A stretch of DNA of 64,000 nucleotides, taken from Trichoplax adhaerens (Eukaryota; Animalia; Placozoa). Within the stretch, counting starts at the first letter, position 1. The number at the start of each line of letters is the position of its first letter. The translations under genes were made by a program, and so were the position numbers. The DNA lies in assembly GCF_000150275.1 (NCBI RefSeq), contig NW_002060946.1:553562-617561 (forward strand), in the 5' to 3' direction. The notes beneath the pieces were generated by a model. The model had not been told where the DNA came from and did no database searches. It was given only the letters and a program-made list of their open reading frames with translations. Positions 38,998 to 53,500 of this stretch are shown piece by piece.

Positions 38998-39400
38998 CCG
39001 CTAGTGGCCCCACACTACGCGTATCGTATACCTTTAATCCGTGACATAATTTTAATATGTTGCCGAATATCTTCATGCTGTACATTGCTTTATTTCTGCG
39101 TGAGTGAGTTATTCCACGAGCGTCGAGTGGCCCAACACTACGCGTTATCGTACTACTGTACAGTATATATTTAATCCATGGCAATTTGACTGTGTTGCCC
39201 AACATCTTCATGTTGTACTGTACATTGCTTATTTCTTAGCGAGTGAGTTATTCCACGAGCCTCTAGTGGCCCAACACGACGCGTATCATAGGATCATACT
39301 ATACATTTAATCGGTGACACTATTTGACTGTGTAGCCCAACATCTTCATGCTGTACATTGCTTACTGTATTTTTTAGTGAGTGAGTTATTCCACGAGCCT
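38998..39400. repeat. Three diverged tandem copies of a ~125-140 bp unit
   Basis: agtggccc.acac.acgcgt...atcttcatg.tgtacattgctt...gagtgagttattccacgagc repeated 3 times. Confidence 0.92.
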
Positions 39401-39928
39401 TTATTATAGTCCAGACAAACATCTCTCCGTAAAGAAGTCAAAAAATAAAAAGCACTACAGACTTGTTGAGAAGCCTCTGAAAACAGCCACGTTAAAAAAA
39501 TAAAATGGTAGGCTATGATTTCGTAGAAAAGTTCTCAAGCATGGAACTTCCTGTCGAGTGGATACAAACTGTGTAGCAATCGTTTTATCCTTTTATGCTA
39601 GACCAGCCGACCATGACCCACACTTGTGTCCACTAGAGGCTAAACGTTTATGACTGTACAGAACATATATAGTATACACCACAGATACTCATTCATCTCT
39701 ATAAATAGACAGTACAAGTAGACTGAGTGGATGATGTCGGAAAACTACGTATCATTCTCATTGAGAACTGGCCAACAATGTGGACTTCATTAAATGGCCA
39801 AATCAGAATCATCCAATTGAATTAATTATATTAAATTAGTATTGGGAATGCATCGTATGGATACCTACTGAACACGAAACCGGATAATTTACCGCAGACA
39901 ATTAACGCATTAAATCAATTTTACGCTG

Positions 39929-40072
39929 TATAGGATTGAACGCTGTGTGTACAGTAAAATATTCAATCCAACCTCGTAATATCAAAACAGATACTTTACT
40001 GCATTCGATTCATTTCACGGTGGATAGGATTGAACGCTGCAAAGTATTCAACTCATCCTCATAATATCAAAT
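39929..40072. repeat. Short direct duplication (~55 bp x2)
   Basis: ataggattgaacgctg...tattcaa...cctc.taatatcaaa at ~39930 and ~40025. Confidence 0.8.
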
Positions 40073-42811
40073 CTACATTGATATTGTTTCCATCCTGTAC
40101 TACTACATTGTACGGCGGTAAATTGACCGCGTCAAATTGTCCGAGGCCCTACTGAACAAAACTACTCATCAGAAAATCAATCAGTCACATACCGTACTAT
40201 TAAGTTAATAACACAGCCATGAAAGATTGTAGGTAATCACCAATATGGTCAATTGATATTTAATATTTCTACTATCCACAGATGATTCACACGATTTTAC
40301 TGGTTCTTGTTTCGATAGCGTACAGACTAGTCATAACGAGAGCAGGTTATAACGATCGAAGTGGACAAATCGATTATCATGCAAGCTTTCATTACCAGAC
40401 TAATATTTTAATTTAAATCAATTTGAGCTATGCGGTTATTCAAGGACCCTCATCTGTAAAGAATACCTATCATGGATGGATGTGGGTGGCTAATTCAATA
40501 ATTCATGATGCGATATCATGAACATACCCTATTATTTTTACCTTAACAATATAGAAATTATCCTTGTACTGTAAATTGGATAGCGTTCCTCATAAATAGA
40601 AATTAAATCTTTCGCCTATAAGCATACCATCAATCGTAACAGTTACAATGGTTACTGTAATGGACCTGCTCTTATTATCATCCTTTCAATACAAATACTA
40701 AATTATATTATACAGAAAAAAGCATATTCAGTACATATTTTATAACTCAACACCATAATTTGATCCAATATCTAGTAAGTTTAAGGGAAGAATAATTCTA
40801 ATTTTCTCCTTAATCTTCAGCTGTAGTTGTAACTAACTTTTATCATGGACCACGAGATACTTTTTTCGAATTATCTACGGTAGTAGTCGTTGTCTTTTGC
40901 TAGAGTTGCTAATATTAAACTACAATCAAACTTTTCAACTTTCTATAATACTCATAAATAAAACGTTCTACATCTCATATGGGTCTTTCGTGATATAGTC
41001 TATTACTTTAAAAAATAACTTCAACAATTAGAAATATCATCAATACCTGAGTAACAGTGTCATGTAGAATGACTAACGGTGTAATTTTATACCAGCGAAT
41101 TATCTTTTCATCAAGGCATATGGAAATTGAAATTTTTCTATTTAAACATGACAATAAGTGAAATTAATTCATTTTTGATTGGTTACTATGAACAATAAAT
41201 CTATCCTATAATTCAATTACTCTATTTTAAAATCTTTCTGCCGACCACGATATATTCTAGACTTATTCCTGCAGCATTCTCAACAGAGGCCAAATTACAT
41301 TATCATTCACCCAATAAAATATACCTTGTATTTCTCAAAAAGATATTACAAAAATTATAATCGAATTCTACGTCATACTTTCTAATTCTGTAATCAAAAA
41401 TAGACTATTATTAAATGCACAAGGAATAGTCTAAGACATTGTCAGAAAAGTTACCTTATAATTCATAACATAAGGGTTATATCATGCACTAGTTAAAAGA
41501 TATCATTTAAAAATTAGATCAATTTTATCTTTGCGGGTATAACTTAAAAAATGTTAGTACTAACTAAACTCATTAATATATCTGCTACATGATGATCCTT
41601 AAACTTTTGTAATTTTATTTTGACGTATTGCAATTTCTGAAAAGTTGTTGGCTAAATTTGTTACATTTATTCCGTTGTACCAATATGGCTGCTTAATTAC
41701 ACAATCACCAATGACGACACTATGCATCCTTTTGCTAATCATTAGCAAATCAAACTGCATTTAGGTTATTAGATTAGTCAGCGCTATAATTAAAACATTA
41801 TTTAAGGAGACAGCTAAAAAAATAACTACTAGAATGTTTATGGATATGAATTATTTAAAAACCCTGCATTCTTCCAATAAAAATCATAGCGATATATTCC
41901 TTTGCTTTCTGTAATAACTCTGGAGAAATTTATCAACCTTATACGATTTTACTTTTATTGAAAGCAAACCTGCCAATTTTTGATTAAGTATTCTTATCCA
42001 AGTAAGTTGGTACCGATGATTAATAAAAAGATATGATTTAAAGTTTTAAAGTATACCAAGAATTCATCTCTTTCTAATCGTTTGCAGTTGTTTGTAAATA
42101 TATTAAAACACATACGCTGTCTCATAAAATATTCACTACCTACAAAAATTTTAATCTAAATGCTACAGATATAAAATTCAACAATTGCAAGATAACATCT
42201 TTATTACACATAAGTAAATCAGATATTCTATATTGTAAAGCGTGCTAAAAATCAAGAATTTAATAAGAAGGTGATTTTCCTGTATCCTTAATCATACTAC
42301 TCATATCCGTATATGTAATATTTCGACTTAATCTACCAAAATGCTTCTGCCAGTAATACATTCTAATTCATATACATTATTCTTAAGGCTATATCTAATT
42401 GTAGTGTTTGTAATTCTTAACCATATCAAGCATTCGTTACCGGTAAATAGCTATGCAACTGAAGTTAAATTCTATTACTATTTGTAACTAAACTGGAATT
42501 ATAGCAGAATTAAAAATGCAAACGTAAACAAGAATAGTGACTCAATATGCTATTTATAAAATGAAAAAAATATTCAGCAATTGCTATCCTATAATTTGAT
42601 TCATAGTCCTGTTTAATACGTAGCAGTAGTAATTAAAATAGGCATAAAATTGCAAAACAAAGTGTTAAAAATCGAAATGAGCTAAATCGCTTTCCTACCT
42701 AAATACCAATTAACCACATTAATTGTTGCAAAGATCACCTATAATGCCTAGCTGTGATTGATGCAGTAGTATCAAGTTTTAAGAAATTTATACGTACTAA
42801 TCTTTAGTGTA

Positions 42812-45155
42812 GCTGGAGACCGTGAAACATTTTCAATTGGTACTATATGTAAAAGTAAATTAATTTAAAATTACTACTACAAGCAACAGCTATGGGAAAA
42901 GTTTTATGACCTAAAAGAAATGTTTATTTCACATATCGCAGTAGCTGAATGATAAAGAAATTTAAGTAATTTATAAGCTAGACTACTAACAAAGCTTAAA
43001 AACTTCATAAATCAAGATTTGAAACAAACTTATATAGGATAATATTTGATAAATTAACCGGAAAAGATAAAATATTATCTTATGTGCGCGTCAGCGAATA
43101 CTCTAACTTGAACAACATGGAATCATACCTTATATTATCTATATTTCAGTTTTACGAATTAAAGACTCGTTGAAACATTGCCATCAGTTGGGCTATAAGC
43201 TAGGGGCAATATTCATTAAGATGGTACAGGTAGTTCATGCCATTTCACGATCGTGGCATTACATCTTATATCGTCTTCGTCCAAAACGTATAGTAAAATT
43301 CAAAATGGGCAAAGTTAAAAAAATTTTGGTTGTATCAAAATCCAATAAAGACTTAGGTATGAAATGTTCTATTTGTACAGCAAAGAGCGTAAAATCCATT
43401 ATCCGACATACGTCTTACAGTATGTTGCTCTTACAATGCTATCCAGATTTTACGTATAGATAGTAATTTTGAATATTTTGCCTATTTAATGGATAAATTT
43501 ATCTGTAATAAAAACATTGTCAGGATTGACAAGACAAGCAATGTCTCATGTTACGTCTACCAATCTTATTCCGTGGAATCGACCCACTGTTGACTTTATC
43601 AACGTAAGTATCTGATCCATCAAAAAAATAAGATAATACTACTGTATATCAATGACGCAAAGCTATCACAACCGCAAAAACTAAAAATATCATCCTTTTT
43701 TCTAATAAAGAATGTCGCAATTGTTTCTACGGTAAAAGTGGCAAACGAATATTCCAATTTAGGATTTATTAGCTATAATACAAATGAAATTGAAAAGTGG
43801 CTACATCATATCAATATTTTAACGCATATTCAAGAGCATCTACAATGTGAGAATATCATACAGTACATTTGGTCGCATAAGACGGAATTGATCAAGTTAC
43901 CCCAAGCGTTGAACGAACTTTTATGTCATCGCTTGAAATCTAAATTGTTAGTAATTCCCTTTGATAATTAATACACGTTTATAAAATATTTACTTTGGTA
44001 CTGTTTAGATTTAATGTGATGAATATTTACTTGTAGATTTCCAAAAATACATACAGTACAACAGTAATTTGATATAATCCACATGAATAATTGTATCAAT
44101 TTACAGCTAATTTGGCTAATTGTCGCTATTAGCATTTTACTTATTTTTCTTTATAAGAAATAATTTATTATCCCATAAATATTGATTACTTAATATCAAT
44201 CAAATATAACTTGTTTGGTGCATTTTCTGACTTGACTAGGTTAATTTGCTTTGAAATTTTTGATGAATATATCAAAGTCGACGCAGCACGAAACCTATTT
44301 CCCCTCTCTCCTAGTACATTATACTATTTAATCCAAGATCTTGCTACAGCTTTTCGACATTTGCATTCCATTGGAATTTCTTATGGTCAAGAAATCACTG
44401 TGGGATCCTTATTATGGACTAAATCGAGCCAAGTAAATTGCTGTTTACTTTTAATCATATCTTTGTCAAGACTTATTGCATTTTATCATATATGATGCCG
44501 TAAGATAGGGGCTACTCAAATTTATTATTTTCTGATCAAGCTATAAAAATTAAGAGCAGACATACATTGATTAGTCAATTTACTGTAGTATTAGAATTTA
44601 AAAGTGCCAGCGATTCAATTTGCCTACCTGGTCGATCGCCATTTGTTGACTAATTAAGATATTGTTATCATAATAAATCTTTAATCATCTATGGAGGATA
44701 GTAAAGTCACTATTTACTAATTTATTTTATATCTAGGGAGTTCTGGTTCCGTTTTTGTATAATTTTTCAAAATCAAAATTATGGAAATTTGCAAAAGATG
44801 AAAATGAGCTAGAAGTGAGCCGAAATAATGATATTCGTTACTTCATTGACTTTATGTCAGAACTAATCCAATCTTCTAGCAAGTATCAAAGTCATTGTAC
44901 TGACAATGGGAACAAGCCATCATCATCCAATAATGATGAGAACGACTCAATCAACTCTGTAAATATGGAAAATATCCAAAGTAGCAAAGTAAGCTCCCGT
45001 TAGTTTTATAGGCTGTCCTTCAGTAAGAGTTGATGTCACTAATCTATTTCAATTATTTATAGCTCTCAGCTTTTCTTCAGCAACTTAACGCAAATAGCGG
45101 CACGTGGACGTCATTCGACGAAATTCTTGACGCTTTAGGGTACCACATTTACTGA
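42812..45155 (+). CDS. Spliced gene with a C-terminal pseudokinase domain; 5' end not resolved
   Basis: Phase-compatible exons ~42812-42839, 43150-43356, 43524-43603, 43711-43946, 44240-44432, 44737-44988, 45063-45155. Kinase-fold motifs EKWLHHINILTHIQEHLQCENIIQY, LICFE, IQDLATAFRHLHSIGISYG, FLYNFSKS, NDIRYF. Confidence 0.65.
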
Positions 45156-46530
45156 GTTTGTTGAAAATAATTTTGATAGAGTTCTAAGCATTTAATTTAT
45201 TTTATTCTATAGCTCTTTTGGTATATGTCATGAAAGCGAATCACTGATCCCACAACCAGAATCAAAAGCTGCAGTCATCCAATAGGGCCTTTCCGAGCGT
45301 ATCTTTTATGTCTTTAAATTACTTACAAAATATTAAATTTCAGTTTAAGAAATATTTTGATCTTCGCTAATTTTTAATAAGAAATGAATCCCTATAACTG
45401 ATTAATATCGCACAGTAACATAAAATGCTTATCTAGCTAGGGCATTAGAAGAAAGTTTAAGTTTTGTCAGTTATACCATTAACATGGAATGCTAATAAAC
45501 TCAACGTAAAATATTCATTAAAACATAATGTTCGATAATAGTTTTTATGTCACAACATTCACCATGGTAGTTAACTATAAATGGTATAAAAAATATTTGA
45601 CAATTGGTTATCAAAATTTTAGACTGTTAGTTCAATTATAAAAGATCTTGTATAATATCTGTACATCTCATTATCAAACTTTAATCCTCAGTCGCAATTA
45701 AGTTTTGTAGCTAAGACGTAAAAAGAATAATCCTTCGCATTGGTAATTTTTAGCTGATAGAGTAATGCTCTAATCAGTAAACATCTCAAATTGCTACTCA
45801 TTTACAGTAATTCTTTCAAGCATCACTATTAAATAACTGGAAATTGAGAAATTTGCTCTGTTTTAATTTATGATCTTTCATTGCTATAAATATGTGCAGA
45901 CATATATATTACTTTACGTTAAGCTAGAAATAATTTGAATACTCTACAATGTAATTGTTTAAGAATTTATTATTAAAACTTTTTTATATCTGCATAAATT
46001 GAGATATCGATCATACAGTATATATGTATAACCATCCTTCTATTCAACAATTACTCTTTAGTATATCGCACTGTTAAGAAATTGCAAGACTATAAAATAG
46101 AAGATAAAATCATTGAATCACGATGATTACATGAATGAAAGAGTAAGTACGTCGTTCGCTCGTAGCTTGCAAACTTAATTTGAACTTAAACATCGACAAA
46201 CGACAAGAAATGCTTCCAGATATTCATTTTAGTATCGATTATAGCGTCAATGATAATTACGGTATAAAACTAAAATATTTTAATGAGATACAAACTTAAA
46301 ATTGACCAACACTACTTTAATTCTAGAACTAGCACAAATGAATGGGATCAAAATTACACTTATATTTAACTAAGGTCATAAATCAAACACAAGTGCTTAA
46401 AATAAGTTACTTCAACTCATGGTTTCCAGTAGACGATAATTTTTAACTTAAGTTACTGTAACAGAAATCATTTCTTATGGGACAATTGTAGCAGATCTTA
46501 GTCATGATCTAATAGAAATAGAATCTTTCA

Positions 46531-48503
46531 TTAATTTCTTCGTTGTTTCCGCGAATTTTTTCTTGTACTTCGCCGATCTTGATTCGATCTTGTATATAAA
46601 GTGATTAAATGCTTATATTATGATTAAAGTCAACAGTTGCTAATAGAAAGCTGTATATCGACAGAAATGGTAAGATAACTGGCTGTAAGACACATCGAAA
46701 TAGTCAAATCTGACTTATTTAAATCTATGCCACAAAATCAAACTATAACACATTCAAAGCGCTTTGTCCCTTTTTCCCCTCAAAACTACTAAATACGTAT
46801 GTACTCGCACTGTACTATTCCAACGTTTAGTAGTCTATCTTGTCCCACATGCAATGGAAAAGATAGGAATAACAGACTAATGTGGCAAATCTTTGCACAG
46901 AAATGTCGATAAAGGCGATACATTAATTTATGCTCTACCGTTACTATAGACTGTACATCTAGTAGATATGCCTAGTAAACATATCTTAATTATCCATAAT
47001 TAATCATAGTAGCGTTTCTAAGTTGCTATGAATCCAATAATGTCATTTCGCTAATTTTGTCTTACCGTGAAGGCGGCGATTTTCTATTAAGAGATCTCAA
47101 TCTACCATCAGTTCTTGTTCGAGACGACGGATACGATCTTAGCCCGTATCCTCCTCTATAATGATCTGTTCTTGCAGCTCTATCTTGACAACTACTCCTA
47201 AATCGACCATTTCTATCATTTCTGCTACGATGACGTCTAGCAGCATTTACGTTAGGATCCGCGTCGATGCCTGAAATCCGTTTACGTTTGTTTTCGCTAC
47301 CCTTATACCACTCTCCTGAAGGAGGTTTAACATCAGGTGATCGTAGCATTTTATCCCTTGAAACAAATCTTGAACTCTCATTTTTTTCTTGATCTCGCGC
47401 TTTCTTGTACTGTTCTCCTATATCATGCTCTGCATATCTTTCGCTACCTTTATACCACTCTCCCGAAGAAGGTTTCATATCAGGCGATCGTAGCAATTCA
47501 TCCCTTAAAACAAATTTTGCACTTTTTTCTTGATTTTGTGCTTCTTTGTCATGTACTCCTTTATTATTTTCTGCATAGCAATGGCGTATTGGGTATGCTT
47601 TATGAAGCATATCTGGAAGTTCTATTTCATCAATACGGCTGCCATCAAGATTTATATGATCATCTATTGAATATTCATTCACTACTGTAAACTCTTGCCC
47701 TTTTCCTTCAATTTCTATCAACGGACTGACCTTATCTTGTGTTGCTTTAGTACTACAATTAAATCAAATAAAAAGATTCAAATTATAATTACTGATCTCA
47801 CTGGCAAAAATCAAGATGTAGCCACCGACATTCATAGTATGATAGCATACCTTTTACTTTTAATCATTCGAGTTTGAACAGAACGTTGCTTCTCTTGCGG
47901 TTGGCTTCTCATAAATAAGACATTGAAGCAGTTACGGCATAAGTGGCTACCAAAGTAACTGAGATGATATTTACTTTCAAAATTCACCTCACTTTCATCA
48001 CAATCTACCATACAAACCCCCAATGCGATCTGAAAAGCAATTTTAGCTTCATTTTCTGTCATCTGTACGCAATCAATGATAGCTCTTAAAGATTTATCGG
48101 TTATTTTACTGACTGGCGTTCCTGCATAACAGAGGCGATCAACAATATCACGAAGACAATTTTTGCTACATGCTATAACTTGTTTACGTAAATTTTCTTT
48201 CAGTTTCTTCACTCTCTCGTCTTCAATTTCATTACATTGAGTTAAATTTTTACTTGAAGTAACAGTGTCGGTGATTTGCCTACTTAGGGGTAGCTGCTCT
48301 CGGCAATTAGAAATGTTGGTATCGACATCGTCCAGTATTAGACTTGAGGTACGGCACAATGTACTAGAACGATTCGTAACTGCGACTTTAGCGTTTTCCT
48401 TGCTATCACAACTTTGGTCACTGGAGTAAGACGGTAATCTGCTTCTACGATCATGTTCGATACATAATTCAAACGGTAGAATTTCTGATTCTCGATTACT
48501 CAT
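46531..48503 (-). CDS. Three-exon protein of unknown function (Cys/His cluster, internal 47-aa repeat, Arg/Ser-rich tail)
   Basis: Exons 48503-47851, 47752-47066 and 46588-46531 join in frame through canonical GT-AG phase-2 introns; ends RSNQDRRSTRKNSRKQRRN*. Confidence 0.75.
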
Positions 48504-50428
48504 TTTGGATTCCTGATAATCGTATGGACTATGAGTAGATATGATAATGTAGATTAATTCTGGCAGTTCTGATGAAGAGATTATTCGGAAGGTCACTTTA
48601 TCCGAATGAGATTGCTAGAAATTTAGATTGAATAAACCAATAAGATCAAGAGGTTATCGTCGATGAGATACAATCCCTTTCTGCGTATCTAATTTCAATA
48701 TATGAGTTATTTATTAGGCCCCTAGACAGATATTTTACGTTCGCTATATTTAAAATCAGTCACATTTTGATAGCTTAAGCGCAAATATGCTCGCAGGTTA
48801 CTAAAAATAAAGCTACCTTTATGACCCTTTTTGTTTGCTGGTAGCACCAAACACACGAGTTTTAAAATTTTAGTGTCTTTCTAAGGCTAAATAGACTTTT
48901 TCTGCTTTACTTAACTATCCATAAAATTTTGAAATAAGTTAGCTTATTCATAAAAGATTGTAGAATATCGACTATATAAGGAATACAACCACAGTGAAAT
49001 TTACTTTGTTTAACTGCAATATAAAGATTGTAGGGTAAAAACGATTCTACGAGCAAGATTTATTTTAAGTCGGCTAATCTTAGAACCATTTTTGTAAGAC
49101 TGGTTGAATTCGTGTTTTGTAAAAGGATTGTCACTTCGTAAAACCTATCCTGCAAATTTACCTCTTACTAACCATGAATGGAAGCAAATAATCCATGGCT
49201 AAATATAAGTAGTATAAAAATTATTTGCAAGGTCATCTTGAATTAAATAACGGAGAATGCAACTATCAAATAAAGTACGGCACACTTTGGGAATTTCATA
49301 GCTGTGAGATTTAACATTAAGATTTATATTGAAAATTTTTTCTTTAACGTTATCCTCTTATGGACGTCATAGGATTTTATAGAGTGAGGCTGAATGAAAG
49401 ATCTCTACAAAAAATAGTTAGTCATCTAGTCCAACATGTATAACCTTTTCATAGGTGCTTGGAGAGTGATTACCACTTGGTAAATTATATATCGGGCGAT
49501 ATTTCAAGTTGCTTTTGCTATCATGAATGGCTAATAGTAGGGTGAGAACACATTTAATCTGTCCATTTAAGCGAATATACCGTACCACTTGGTGCGCTTT
49601 AAAGCTTATTATACAGCTACACAATCTTATATACTTGCAACTTTAGGAGTTAATTAATCCTAATACTGCCTTTTCGGTGAAGATAATGAAAATTTGAGTT
49701 TCTAACCCTACATGTTACAGAAATTTTTCTCCACAACCACGTATGCTAATCTAGTAAAATATTAGAGCGTATTCAATTTATTCCAAGTAAATGATTGTTA
49801 ATGAAAGCTCGATAGTCCCAGGAAAGATCTTTATTCTGAGAGAAAATTCTAAGCGCTGAAAGACATGATATCCGATACTCTTGTGTAACATATTCGTAGA
49901 CTCGGCTATATCCCCATTCCCATTATAGTAGTGATTGCTAATTTTTTTCTATGTCTGATTTTACTACCTAAAACTACTCTACTCCGTCATATTAATTAAT
50001 CATTCAAGAATAATTCTTGCGAATCAAACTGTACTTCTGTAGAATTCCTTTTAATCTTTGAAAATATCGGTTGTTAGTTACATAACACAGCGTAAGGTTA
50101 AAAAGTAGTTAATTCAGCCAAAGTAAAACGTAATTACTGGAAGAACATTCATTCCCAAGATCATGCAGATTGCATGCTACGATATGCTCTGATATATTGC
50201 AGTATAAGAATATTTCTACTGCAATTTTGATATTACCGTGGCATGGATATTGCTCTATTCAATCTTACCATTGGATAATAATCGCTTTCACTTGGTACTT
50301 TTAGAGAAGCAGTTATAAATTTATAATAATTCAATACACAGTAGCTTAATTTATTAACTGCAATATTACACAACCTTTCGTTAAGAAGTAATCTAATGAT
50401 ATCTGGACCAGAATAGCTTTATTGTAGG

Positions 50429-50462
50429 CATGGACTACTAAAAGAAGCCTTAGTAGTCCATG
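50429..50462. mobile_element. Short palindromic element, perfect 13-bp stem
   Basis: CATGGACTACTAA-aagaagcc-TTAGTAGTCCATG. Confidence 0.55.
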
Positions 50463-50563
50463 TTCTGGGCAATAAAATTCTATAAGGCAGCATAACTTTT
50501 TAATTACCTAATATAGAGAATAATATTAATCTATCCAGTAGATTGGTTCATTTTTTTACAACT

Positions 50564-53500
50564 TTAATTTTTGCTGTATTTGATTAAACCATGTACTAAT
50601 TGCTCCTTCATATTTTCGACGCCAAGCAATTTTCGTTTCTAACTGATCTATAGCCTTCGGGACTGCATTCTGGCCTGTTCCAACATTCGGCGTGCACTTA
50701 AAAAATAGTTTGACCTACACAATATCAAGGTATATTTTATTTCTGTTCCGATTGTATATGGAGATCTCGAAATTGCTAGACATTACCTCTACTTTTGTAT
50801 AAGTTTCAAATGCTAAGGAATTAAAATTAGCACTATAAGGTAATGCTATTCTAGTTTACCTTATCCAGTTGAACTTCACTCTTCATTGGCTTGATAACTT
50901 GTGTGATCAGCGTTGCCATACTAAAAGTATCTTGGCCGTATCTATCCATGGACCCCAAATTATAGGATTTACAGTTATACGCTTTATATCGATATAGAAA
51001 GGATATAAGCTCATTATTGCAAAATAAATTATCTCTTACCTTTCAAAGAATAAATTCCAACGCAAAACGACAAAGTTCCAAGCTAGATCAGTTCCTGCTG
51101 GATTTTGTGCAATATAAATCATGGCTTTAAGGGCCTCTGCTGCTTTCACTTTACTTTTATCGATGATAATATTAAGCAATCTAGATCGTAATGGAAAAAG
51201 ACACTATAAGGTATCTATTTTAATTTAATTGATCTTCTGGTTATATCGACGCTTAAAGGGTATTGAATATTTTTACTTTAATCTTAGCTATTAATGATAT
51301 TACTTCAAATTACGAGGATTCTAAGATAACTAACTAAATATCAATAACGCTCACTCATTGAGCAATCGTAAATGCCAGTGCACGTTTAATTATAGATTAA
51401 AATATAGTCTAGACTTATCGGAAGGTATTTACTTCTTTAAAGTGGACTTGTCGGTCGATGAGGCTAACGCACTCATGAGTATCCTTCTTTCTGTTGCATC
51501 CTTACTGGCATAATAGCGCTGTAACAGCATATTCCAATTGCCGCCATGAGCTATGCCACATCTTAAAATTACTGATTTCAAATTTGCTGATATGCTGCGA
51601 TTATAATATGATGGGAATAGGGTGGTTACACCGAGCGTTACACGACCGCAGTAATTACGAAATTGCACGAATAGGAGTAGGCTGATATTGTTAACAAATG
51701 TTGTTATGAAAGTTCATATCATTCTAGGCCATTTATCCACTTACCTTTTATTGTTATATAGCCATTCCCTGTAAAGGTTGGTAATATTAAGTATAGTTGA
51801 ACGATCACCAGCGAAGCAGGCAGTACTCAAGACTTCCGTTCTTAGTAATCTAAACAAAAAGGGCATTATTTGCTGTCGAAGGATTAAAGAAGCACCATAC
51901 AGACTAGTATATAAAGATCAATTGAGGAAAATATAGTCGTTTATTCATTAAGCAGATCAGGATAAATTACTTCTTGTTATTGCTACCAGTATCCTTCCAT
52001 CCCAGCTGTCTCAAATTTGACTGCAATAAATACTTCAAGTATTTCTAGATAACAATCAAGCTTATGAAATAGATTGCAATCATCCAATATTATAGTATAC
52101 CTAGTATGTCTATGCCTAACGCTATTTTAAGAATAAGAGTGAAAGGTCTACCTTTCCAATTGTTTGGCTTGATAAATCATTTACTGTCGATATTATGTAA
52201 TCCAGATGAGGAAGTGAGGTAGCAAATGGTACATAATTAGTCTCATTAGCTAAATAACGACTAATCTCTAAAAATATTGAAGGATTCAAGCTTCCAACTC
52301 TATTAATTTCACAAGAATAAGAAAGAGAAGCAACAATATCAAGACTTCGCATTTCATGATTTCAAAGGAGTAAAAATAAAACTAATCACTCCCTACTTCG
52401 TTAAATAGAATGAATCGTCTAGCAAATTAGCCTTGTTTGGAATTGATAGGCTCTGCAGTTAAACAGAAATCAAATCAAATCGTCAGTTGCTAGAAAACTG
52501 TACTGTATTGTTTTGAATTTCTGGTAATCATTAATTGTGTCTTATTTAATATAATGTAGAAAAGTTATATTCCATTTAATAATTATCCATCATGTGAATT
52601 ATGGTATCATAGTAAGAAAACGAATTATTTCTCTGATGTAATGAAAATATCGTACCTCATGATCACTTTGAATTTGCTCAATCAAGCTTTGCCACGTTTT
52701 AGCATCATAATTTACTCTAAAATAGCCTGTTTGGTTGCAGTTTGCTTTAACCCATTTTGGAGCGCTGGGTAATTGTAGTGTTGCTAAACAGGCGATATAA
52801 AATATTGACCTTACTTAGGCTATAATAAGATTTTGACTTGAACATACTGTACATACTGTTTGCGCCTGTTCTGTAATTATAATCTGCTATTGAAACTAAC
52901 ACATACGTGTATTATAACTAATCGGCAGACAAGGAACTAAATGCCTATGGACTCATCTCATGGTTACTTTTACTTTATAAAAGAAATTGAAGCATCTAAT
53001 ATCTTATGTACAAAGGCAATAACATGTATTAATTATTTCGCCAAGGCTATTATAAGTGCAATTAAGATCAATGATAATCATGTTCACCTCCGTTCATTCC
53101 AATTATTGTTCGATTAACATAGCCATCACTAGTTTCAAAGCAAAATGGTATTAACCATTTGTACCTATCATAATAGTTAAGAACATCAGTTAGCTCGTCG
53201 CTATTTCAATAATAAACTTGATTTCTATTAGATCTACAATACTGTTAATCTCGTCAAAAAAGCGCATATAGACTGCGATAATGTGTATACTTACCGATAA
53301 GGCGATGTTTGATTAACTAAGGTTTGCCCGTTTTTATCTTCAAGGAATCTTGTTTGAGATATACTGATTTTATCTTTTTCTAATTTTAAAGTTACAAGTG
53401 GGTAATTCATTTGGAGCAACCAGGTATTCATAACACTGTTAATATTTTCTCCAGTTACCTGTAAATCAATTTTTAAATAGCCTGATTGTTTGATACTAGT

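Noticed and set aside
39500-42800. Upstream exons of the pseudokinase gene
   Set aside because: Several exon-like pieces, but none could be joined in frame with confidence
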